From positions 1 through 32,000 of the forward strand of contig NZ_CP040006.1 in NCBI RefSeq assembly GCF_005696695.1: a DNA stretch of 32,000 nt, given 5' to 3'. Origin of the DNA: Schaalia odontolytica (GTDB taxonomy: Bacteria; Actinomycetota; Actinomycetes; Actinomycetales; Actinomycetaceae). Of this stretch, positions 12,301 to 19,800 are shown one piece after another. Position 1 is the stretch's first letter. Each line of letters opens with the position of its first letter. The notes beneath the pieces are model-generated. The model searched no databases. It saw only the letters and a program-made list of their open reading frames with translations, and was not told the origin of the DNA. A program made the translations under genes and the position numbers.

Positions 12301-12507
12301 GTGAAACCGGTTTGCCTGTGCTTGTGCGTGCTTGCGTGGGATTGAAACCGGCGTCGCCTTTGCGCGCTCGTACGTGGCTGGGGTTGAAACCGCCATCACC
12401 TTTGCGGGTGAGATACGGGTGTTTTTAGTGCGTTTTTCGGTTGCAGTGGTGTTGTTGGTTTCAATGGTTGCTGTTCAGGGGTGCGCAGTGGTGATGGTGG
12501 TTTCATG
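12301..12507. repeat. module 2 (locus A): 42-bp phased TGAAACC-N7-CC(T/A)(T/C)TGC motif array, 3 forward then 2 reverse units
   Basis: TGAAACC at 12302, 12343 and 12385. GGTTTCA at 12457 and 12499. The centre carries T-tracts (GTGTTTTTAGTGCGTTTTTCGG). Confidence 0.85.
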
Positions 12508-12571
12508 CTGGCCTGCATCAGTGGCTGCAGTGGTGTCATTATTTGCAAAGTCGCCACGGGCGGGGTCCTGC

Positions 12572-12735
12572 GTGTGAAGAAGTTCGCCCAGCACGGCCTG
12601 ATCGTGGGTGTGAGCGTGAAGTAGTTCGCCCAGCGCGCTCGAAACACCCCACATTTGACGTTTTTAAGGTTGCTGGGCGAATTTTGTCACGGGTTGAGTG
12701 GGGGACAGGGCGCGCCGGGCGAACTTTGTCACGCC
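12572..12735. repeat. module 3 (locus A): 42-bp phased GTGA-N5-TTCGCCCAGC motif array, 2 forward then 2 reverse units
   Basis: AGTTCGCC at 12581 and 12623. GGGCGAA at 12675 and 12717. AT-rich centre CACATTTGACGTTTTTAAGG. Confidence 0.85.
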
Positions 12736-12789
12736 TACCGGCTCGCTACTGTCACCGGCCCTTGCTCGGCCACAGGCCCCGTCCCCGTC

Positions 12790-12880
12790 CCGGAACAGTC
12801 CCGGCCCCGCCACCGCCTGCCGGCCCCGCCACCATAGTTTGCGGTGCCTCCGGCACCCTCCACATCGGCGTCGGTGGGGG
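12790..12880. repeat. degenerate extra copy of module 1
   Basis: CCCGGCCCCGCCACCGCC...GCGGTGCCTCCGGCACCCTCCACATCGGCG aligns with the GGCCCCGCCACCGCCCACCGGCACCGCGGCAG.TCCCTCCGGCGCCCT.CACA core of module 1. Confidence 0.6.
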
Positions 12881-13088
12881 TTTTGCAGCATTAGGAGCTG
12901 GATGTCGGCGTGTCGGCGGCGTGTCGGGGTTCTAATGACGTCATTTCCCCATGTGGCAGCAGTGAGGTCACGGTTCGAGGCCAAAGTGCAGACCACCTTG
13001 ATGAACAACGCTGACAACGGGCTGTTATGGGCGAGGTGGTCAAGGTTTTGGGTACACCGGTGATGTCGGTTTCTGTGGTTCCTTGTTG

Positions 13089-13119
13089 GGGGTGTGCAGT
13101 GGTGATGGTGGTTTCAATG
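13089..13119. repeat. distal near-identical copy of a module 2 reverse unit
   Basis: GGGGTGTGCAGTGGTGATGGTGGTTTCAATG (13089-13119) versus GGGGTGCGCAGTGGTGATGGTGGTTTCATG (12478-12507): one mismatch and one indel. Confidence 0.9.
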
Positions 13120-13323
13120 TCGCCACTTTATCGCCCAGTGGGCCTGGTGGCTGGGTCTATCTACTGGCGACCTTAACCCACCGATGCGCAGCTAAACCCC
13201 ATTGGTGGCATGGTGGGCAGCCCGCCCAGACCACCACCTGTCGGGTTAACGTGCGCGTAGGTGGGCTTAGATAGCCACCAGGTGGGCCCGCGTGCGCATC
13301 ACAGGGCCCGGGTGTCCGGTTCG

Positions 13324-14201
13324 CTAGTTGATGCCAATCCGCGTCGGGCGAGCCCGCAACAGTGCGCTGAGAACAGCACGCAGAAATCGGCCCGACCGCG
13401 ACGGCTGACGGTAATCGGGCGCAAGCGAAGACCTCTGACACCGCCACGCATAGGGGTTGTGGCTGAGCGGCCCCGGCCATGACGACGCGACGACGGTGGC
13501 CGGCGCGGGCAGGGGGAGCAGCGGACTCACCCAGGAACCCGCCGTCACGTAGATGTGTATCAGCCCGCAGATGCTCGCGAAAAATCCACCGTCAACAACC
13601 GGGGCTGGAAAACCCACGGGATCAAACGCGTAGACGTGCTTGAGCGGCGGAGGAGTGACCGTCGCAGCCGCGTACAGCGCGAGATTCGCGCCCTTCGAGT
13701 GTCCGACAACAATAATCGGCCCATCGGATCGCGACGCCGCATATGCCAGATAGTTGGCGGCCCACCGCTGCGAATCAGTCGGGAAATCAAGGCCGAAGCG
13801 GGCATCCTCCGCCCACCCGACCGCGCTTGCATTCGTCCCGCGGAAGACCACGTAGGTCGCCCCGGCCTCGTCGATGAAGGTGACGGAACCGAACTGAGCA
13901 AGCGGGCTCGACGTCAGCCGAGTGACCGCATCGCACACCGCAGGTCCCCGAAGCGCGCGCTCGCACCGGCGGCCTCGAGGAGGGGACGATCGGCGTGGGA
14001 CGCCAACGAATAGCGATACAGAGACGGGATTGACGAGGCCTGGGCGACTTCTCGGAGCAGGCATCCGCGCGCGGAACGAGGGCCGGGCAGCGCGTGGAAA
14101 TCCACGTAGACCAGGCACGAGAGAGCGAGGGCGTCGGCGGGGGAGAGGTCCGCTCGTAGCGGTGTGTGCGAGTCTCGGACGTGCTCGATGACGGTGGTCA
14201 C
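13324..14201 (-). pseudogene. DUF2974 (Mbeg1-like) alpha/beta hydrolase, disrupted by a -1 frameshift
   Basis: The N-terminal 95 aa (GTG 14201, RBS GGAGGAGG) stop at 13914. The rest of the fold continues in another frame (..LAQFGSVTFIDEAGATYVVFRGTNASAVGWAEDARF..IIVVGHSKGANLALYAAA..) down to 13324. This includes the GHSKG nucleophile elbow. Frame geometry fits loss of a single base near 13915-13975. Confidence 0.7.
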
Positions 14202-14268
14202 GAGGCCTCCTCCTCTCCATCGAGGGCCGGACGATCGCGGTCGTGTTGGACGTCACCAACGCTCGATT

Positions 14269-14297
14269 TTGCCGGATGGCCCTGTGCTGTGTACTAT
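14269..14297 (+). promoter_or_regulatory. candidate promoter of the tRNA-Ile / micro-ORF / tRNA-Ala unit
   Basis: -35 TTGCCG (14269-14274), 17-nt spacer, -10 TACTAT (14292-14297), about 28 nt upstream of tRNA-Ile. Confidence 0.4.
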
Positions 14298-14324
14298 ATC
14301 CGAGTGCCCGAAAGGGTGCCGGTT

Positions 14325-14401
14325 GGGCCTATAGCTCAGTAGGTTAGAGCGCAGTCCTGATAAGACTGAGGTCGGTGGTTCGAGCCCACCTAGGCCCACC
14401 A
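14325..14401 (+). tRNA. tRNA-Ile (anticodon GAT)
   Basis: GGGCCTATAGCTCAGTAGGTTAGAGCGCAGTCCTGATAAGACTGAGGTCGGTGGTTCGAGCCCACCTAGGCCCACCA. 7-bp acceptor stem GGGCCTA/TAGGCCC, anticodon loop CT-GAT-AA, T-loop GGTTCGAGCC, CCA encoded. Confidence 0.96.
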
Positions 14402-14431
14402 TCCGCAGGCGAGCGAAAGCGGAGGATCATC

Positions 14432-14566
14432 ATGAAGAAATGGGTCACCTGTTGTGTGGCTGTCGGATCCGTCGTGGCCGTCGGCATCGCCGTCCGACAA
14501 ATTCTCGTTGATCTTTCCGATAACGCTGACCTGTGGACGTCCGTCACGGACGCCGTGGAGGACTGA
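14432..14566 (+). CDS. small membrane protein, DLW-39-like
   Basis: 44 aa, MKKWVTCCVAVGSVVAVGIAVRQILVDLSDNADLWTSVTDAVED. GGAGG at 14421-14425, 6 nt before the ATG. One TM helix plus an acidic tail with a DLW motif. Sits between tRNA-Ile and tRNA-Ala. The family name is from memory. Confidence 0.6.
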   Translation: MKKWVTCCVAVGSVVAVGIAVRQILVDLSDNADLWTSVTDAVED

Positions 14567-14577
14567 GTTCCTCCAAC

Positions 14578-14650
14578 GGGGCTATGGCGCAATTGGTAGC
14601 GCACCTGCTTTGCAAGCAGGGGGTTACGGGTTCGAGTCCCGTTAGCTCCA
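14578..14650 (+). tRNA. tRNA-Ala (anticodon TGC)
   Basis: GGGGCTATGGCGCAATTGGTAGCGCACCTGCTTTGCAAGCAGGGGGTTACGGGTTCGAGTCCCGTTAGCTCCA. G3:U70 Ala identity pair, anticodon loop TT-TGC-AA, CCA not encoded. Confidence 0.96.
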
Positions 14651-14662
14651 CTCGACGTACAA

Positions 14663-14708
14663 GGCTCGAATCCTTGCCATCTTGGATGGTTTCGGTTCGG
14701 GCCTTTTT
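14663..14708 (+). terminator. intrinsic terminator after tRNA-Ala
   Basis: Long imperfect hairpin GGCTCGAATCC..CCATC-TTG-GATGG..GGTTCGGGCC, followed by TTTTT (14704-14708). Confidence 0.55.
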
Positions 14709-14784
14709 GCTGTCTTAGGTCCGGCCCGGCCCGGGCGTTGGTGAGGGTGGCTCCGGCGTCGGCGTCATCCCGTGGACACTCACC

Positions 14785-16212
14785 TCAACCACGTTGAGGC
14801 CTGGCATGGGAGCCGGATGCCCCGCGTACTTGCTCGTAAGCGGCGAGTGCCTCGCGTCGCGACTCGGCCAGGTCGACGACAGGGACGACAGGCCGATCGG
14901 CTCCCTCCGGGATCCAGCGCTTGACATAGCAGCTGCGCGGGTCGAAGCGGGTGCGCTGGAGGTCAGGGTTGAAGATGCGGAAGTAGGGCGCAGCGTCCGC
15001 GCCGCAGCCGGCCACCCACTGCCAGGAGACAGGATTGTTGGCCTCGTCTGCGTCCACGAGAGTCTCCCAGAACCATTGCTCGCCGTCTTGCCAGGGCTGG
15101 AGCATGTTCTTGGTGAACAGCGATGCCGCGACCATGCGCACCCGGTTGTGCATCCAGCCTGTCTGCCATAGTTGCCGCATTCCAGCGTCGACGAGGTCGA
15201 TGCCGGTGCGGCCCTGTCGCCAGGCCTGCGCCAGGTGGTCGTTGGGATCGTAGGGGAATTCCGCGAAAGCCGGACGCATGGGGGTGTCCTCGAGATATTC
15301 GCGGTGGTGGAGCAGGTGCCAGCTGAACTCGCGCCAGTAGAGTTGCCTGGTCCAAGCGGCTATATCCTCGCCCGAGGCCGTGCTGCTACGGGCTGCGGCC
15401 ACGGCTTGGCGCGGCGATAGTTCCCCGCACCGCAACCTCGGCGAGATTCTACTGGTGGATGTTTCCTCCCCGGGCAGGTCGCGGCGTGTGGCATAGCCGG
15501 GCAACCAGCTGTCAATCGCATCCAGTTGCTGCAGGGCCGCCAATTCACCGGGCTCCCAGTGCTGTGCGAGGGTCTCTTCCCACCAGGCGGGGCCGTCGTC
15601 GAGCAAGCCAATGTCCTCTAAGTTCTGCAGGACGCCGTCCTCCCGCAACGAGGCGAGGGCTGTGGCCGCGCCGTCCGGATCAATGACCGGTGAGGGCTCG
15701 GGCAGGAGGGGACCGAGGGGCAGGGAGGCTACGGCGTGGCTGAACGGTGTGAAAACTTGGTAGTGGGAGCCGTTGGTCGTCTGCATCAGCCAGGGCTCGG
15801 TGAGCAGGCTGCCGGGGTGGCTGTGCACCTCGGTGCGGGATTTCAACTCTTGCTTGATGGCGGCGTCCAGTCGGCAGGCTGCCGGGGCGTAGCGTCGTGT
15901 CCAGTGCACGACGGTAGGTTGTAAGGCGTCCACGACTCGGCGCATGACGTTCGCGGCATCACCCCGGGCGAAGACGAGTGGAATGCCAAGGTCAGCAAGC
16001 CGCGGTGCCAGCTGCTGCAGACTGCGGTGGTACCACCACCGGGTGGCCGCACCGAGCGGGCGTGGGCCGTGCCGGTTGTTGTCTTCATCGGTCCTGCGGG
16101 TTTCGTGGATCCATAGTGCCACCACGGGCCCATGTGCTGCCGAGCAGGCGGCCGTCAGAGCTGGATGGTCAGCCAGACGGAGGTCGTCGCGAAGCCAGAT
16201 CAGTGTGGTCAT
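14785..16212 (-). CDS. phr: deoxyribodipyrimidine photolyase (class I CPD photolyase/cryptochrome family)
   Basis: 475 aa. N-terminal LIWLRDDLRLADHPAL. FAD-binding C-terminal motifs WREFSWHLL, TGWMHNRVRMVAASLF and DADEANNPVSWQWVAGCGADAAPYFRIFNP. Confidence 0.94.
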   Translation of the reverse strand: MTTLIWLRDDLRLADHPALTAACSAAHGPVVALWIHETRRTDEDNNRHGPRPLGAATRWWYHRSLQQLAPRLADLGIPLVFARGDAANVMRRVVDALQPTVVHWTRRYAPAACRLDAAIKQELKSRTEVHSHPGSLLTEPWLMQTTNGSHYQVFTPFSHAVASLPLGPLLPEPSPVIDPDGAATALASLREDGVLQNLEDIGLLDDGPAWWEETLAQHWEPGELAALQQLDAIDSWLPGYATRRDLPGEETSTSRISPRLRCGELSPRQAVAAARSSTASGEDIAAWTRQLYWREFSWHLLHHREYLEDTPMRPAFAEFPYDPNDHLAQAWRQGRTGIDLVDAGMRQLWQTGWMHNRVRMVAASLFTKNMLQPWQDGEQWFWETLVDADEANNPVSWQWVAGCGADAAPYFRIFNPDLQRTRFDPRSCYVKRWIPEGADRPVVPVVDLAESRREALAAYEQVRGASGSHARPQRG

Positions 16213-16468
16213 GGATGGTCCTTGAGAGTGTTCAGCGCAGGAGTTGGCCGGCGATCGTGTCGGCGAAGGGTGGGAGGGTCATCGGCTGCTGCTCTCGATC
16301 AAGGAAGGGGTCCGCCCAAACCCGGGCTTGGAGTGCTGTGGTCATGCACGTTATCGTCGCTGGTCATCGTACTTGACAGGCGAGCTGTGCCACCAGATAC
16401 GTCGGAGGTCTGGGGATGGCGCGTGGCCGAGCCAACACTCTCAACCTGTCTACGGAGGTCCGCGTGTC

Positions 16469-16496
16469 ACCCGCAACCTGGTGGTTGCGGGTTTTC
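16469..16496 (+). terminator. orphan intrinsic terminator in the photolyase/adhesin divergent region
   Basis: ACCCGCAACC-TGGT-GGTTGCGGGT followed by TTTCT. Perfect 10-bp stem. No annotated plus-strand gene ends here. Confidence 0.5.
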
Positions 16497-16856
16497 TGTA
16501 TGTGAGCTTCGACAATTTGAGCAGGTCAGCGGTGCCGCTGAGGCCATATTGTGCGCTCGGATAAAACTTGTCCGACCACCTGGTTACAGGTGGGGAATCA
16601 GGGTGCCACATCACAAAATACATGCAAAGTGGCCCATCAGCTGCACTGAAAGCCCGTATTTATCCACAGCGCTATGCACAGTTGTGTATAAACCGTGTGG
16701 ACGGTTGTTTGTCGGCGCTCCACCATTGTTTGAAAACTGACCTACATAAGTGAAGTTGGAAGGCTTCTCATCTCGGAAAATAGCTTCTTCACACTTGTTG
16801 AGAAACTCGTAAAATTGGCTTGAAATATACACTTTTCGCACATTCAGGAGAAGGCT

Positions 16857-19800
16857 GTGCACATCAACCACACGTGGTCGAAGGCTTCCAAGCCGGCCCA
16901 GCTGCTTGCCATGCTGGTCACGACCGCCCTCGTTATGCTCGGCGTCACGACGCTGCCCACATATGCGGCGGCCCCGACGCTCAAACTCGCCATCACACCC
17001 GACGAGACCTCGTATCTCTCCGGTGTCGAGCAGCGCTACGTCGTCGAGTTCGCGTGCGCCTCCACCACGGAGGACTGCCTCGACTCGGTCGTCACCATCA
17101 CGCTGCCCCACACGGTGACCCCCGCGGGCAACTCGAACCTCGACTCGGCCCCCGAAGGCGTCAACGCCACGGCGACCGCCGGCAAGAAGGTCGTCACCCC
17201 CACGATCAAGGCTCCGACCGCTAACGCCGATGGCCTCGTCACCTACAACCTCGGAACAGTCGCCGCCGGCTCGTCGTTCCAGACGGTCCTGACCTTCACC
17301 GCCCCGCGCGGCGTGACCCCCGGCGGCTCCACCGTCACCCCGGTCGCGACCTTCACCTCGGGCGAGAGCAAGGAAACCTCCCAGGCGACCGTCACGATCA
17401 AGTCCGAGCCGACCCCGCTCCTGAGCAAGACCGGCCCGGTCGCAACCCCCAAGAACGTCGACGTGACCTACCAGATCACGCCGAAGTACGACACCAACGT
17501 GGACGGCCTCAACGGCAAGTCCAACATGACCGATGTCGTCATCACCGACCCGCTGCCCGCGTGCGCGAAGTACGTGTCCTCCTCGGCCTCGGGTAACACC
17601 AAGACGAACACGGCCGCGACCGTCGAGAGCTCCTACGACGCCGCGACCCACACCGTCACCTGGAACGTCGGCGACGTCAACCCCGCGTTCATGAACATCG
17701 TCCTGTCCGTCACCGTCCACTACGACGACACCTGCACGGACGAGACCGTCACCAACACCGCGAAGCTCACCGGCAAGGAGATGCACAACGAGACCAACGT
17801 TGTCACCGCCGATGCTTCCTTCACGCACCGCTTCGACAGCGAGATCCGCTACGGTGGCGGCTTCAACAAGCGCGCCATGAGCCAGTTCGAGCGCGGCAAG
17901 CAGGGCAACTGGCTGTACAGCTACTCCAACAACTCCAACGTCCCGGTCGTCATGGAGTACACCGACTACATGACCTGTGGCCTCGTCTCCCCGACCGACG
18001 GCTCCAAGGACTGCGACAAGCCCCTCATGCGCGTCAAGACGATCGACACCCAGACGACGACGCCCATCGAGATTACCTACTGGACCAACAAGGGCAACAC
18101 CGGCACTCAGACCGTCTACCGCGGCAAGGCATTCGACTTCTCCTCCTTCGCCGCCGACGAGTACCTGACCGTCTTCCACTACAAGCAGACGATCCCCGCC
18201 GGTGAGTCCTCGATCCTGAACGTCGCCGGCCCGGTCGGCGCCGGCACCCCAACGACCGAGGACGGCACCACCTACGTCCAGGCCGATACCAACTCCGCCG
18301 CATGGAAGGCCGGCAAGTCCGACCAGTACGTGCGCGTCCAGAACTGTGTCTCCGACTGGTCCATGAAGTCCCTCGACGGCTCCCGATCCATCCAGATCCC
18401 CGCCGACGACTACTGCGACATCCTCACGCTGGGCACCGCGCTGCCCAAGTACTACAACGCCAAGTCCACCATCAAGGGCAACCTGGCGTCCCCCGGCTCC
18501 GAGGTTACCTTCAGCGTCACCGCGAACAACACCTCGACCGTCGTTGACTCCCAGCCCGTCATCTCCGACCTGCTGCCCTGCGGCATGACCTTCGTCGAGG
18601 ACTCCGTCACCGGTGGTCCCGCAGGTAAGGAAAAGACCGTCACGGTCCGCGACGTCACCGACGCCACCGGCTGCACCCGCCAGCTCGTCCAGGTCACCTG
18701 GCCCGGCTACCAGACCAAGGGTGGCACCACCATCCAGCTGCGCGGCAAGGTCGGCCCCTCGATGAGCGCAGGCACGCACAAGAACGAGGCCTACATCTCC
18801 GCAGCCGAACCCGAGTACGCGCTGACCTCCAAGAAGACCACGATCTGCTTCTACGGCTCCACCGACGACACCTACGATGTCAACGGTGATGGCAACACGG
18901 CCGACCAGGTCTGCCCCGTCTCCTCGACCTTCACGGTCTCCGAGCAGGCCGGTGCCGACGTCGTCCTCGAGAGCCTCGGCTCCGTGGAAGGCTCGACCTA
19001 CAAGAAGTACACCGACGGCGTGTCCATGATCCGCCAGGGTGAAGACGGCCAGTACCGCATCACCCCCACCAACTCCGGTAACGCGGACCTGTCCGACATG
19101 ACCGTGTACGGCATCCTGCCCCACGTTGGTGATACCGCCATCCAGGGTTCTGATTCTCGTGGCTCCGAGTGGGCGCCCATCCTCACCGGCCCCCTCCAGG
19201 TCGGCGCAGGCTCGGGCATCGACCCCTCGCAGGTCACCATCGAGTACTCAACCTCCTACAACCCCTGCCGCGGCGAAGTCATGAAGCAGGGCGACGCGAT
19301 GGCGGCTGGCCCCGCCGGATGCGACAACAACTGGACCGCTACTCCGGCCTCGTGGGCCGACGTGAAGTCCTACCGCATCTACATCAACGGCAAGGCCACC
19401 CCGATCAAGGCCGGCGCATCGATCCCGATCATCGCGCCCATCAAGGCCCCCGATAACGCGACCGGCATCGCCTACGAGTCCGTCGCGATCGCGGCCACCC
19501 AGGCCTCGAACAACCGTGCCATCCTGCCCGCCGAGCCGATCAAGGTCGCCATGGCCCTCGCGCTCGACGTCGCCCTCAACAAGACCGTCGTCTCCGACGC
19601 TTCCAACCTGAAGCCCGGAGACCAGGTCACCTACCGCATCGACGCCGGCAACATCGGCCAGGGCAAGGCCCCCGACCTCAAGGTCAAGGAAGCCTTCCCC
19701 GCAGGTACCACCTTCGTGTCCGCCGAGACGCACAAGTGCGCCTCCGGCTACACGACCGGCCTGCCGCAGGAATGTAAGGGCACCGACGAGGCCGGCACCT

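Noticed and set aside
12301-12735. CRISPR-array interpretation of the phased repeats
   Set aside because: The period is only 41-42 bp, each run has 2-3 units, and the repeat cores are degenerate rather than identical. Orientation flips within the array, and there are no cas genes or leader in the window.
11571-13063. Several 60-285 aa ORFs on both strands across the repeat element (for example 11571-12428 +, 11590-11952 -, 12698-13063 +). This includes a 42-codon ORF starting at the AATGACGTCATT palindrome (ATG 12936).
   Set aside because: The translations simply echo the DNA repeats and are Arg/Pro/Gly/Ala-rich. They overlap each other in multiple frames and lack an RBS and any family motif. 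I treat them as non-coding.
13324-14259. Reading 13324-14259 as one intact 311-aa minus-strand CDS
   Set aside because: Its first roughly 110 residues are Arg/Pro-rich nonsense with no RBS. The genuine family N-terminus, with a GGAGGAGG RBS, lies in a different frame (14201-13914). A frameshifted gene fits better.
16416-16505. Classical Trp-attenuator leader peptide (tandem TGG codons)
   Set aside because: The Trp codons lie in the terminator loop itself and no alternative antiterminator pairing is evident. The downstream gene is an adhesin, not a trp or Trp-related gene. I keep this only as an orphan terminator with a micro-ORF.
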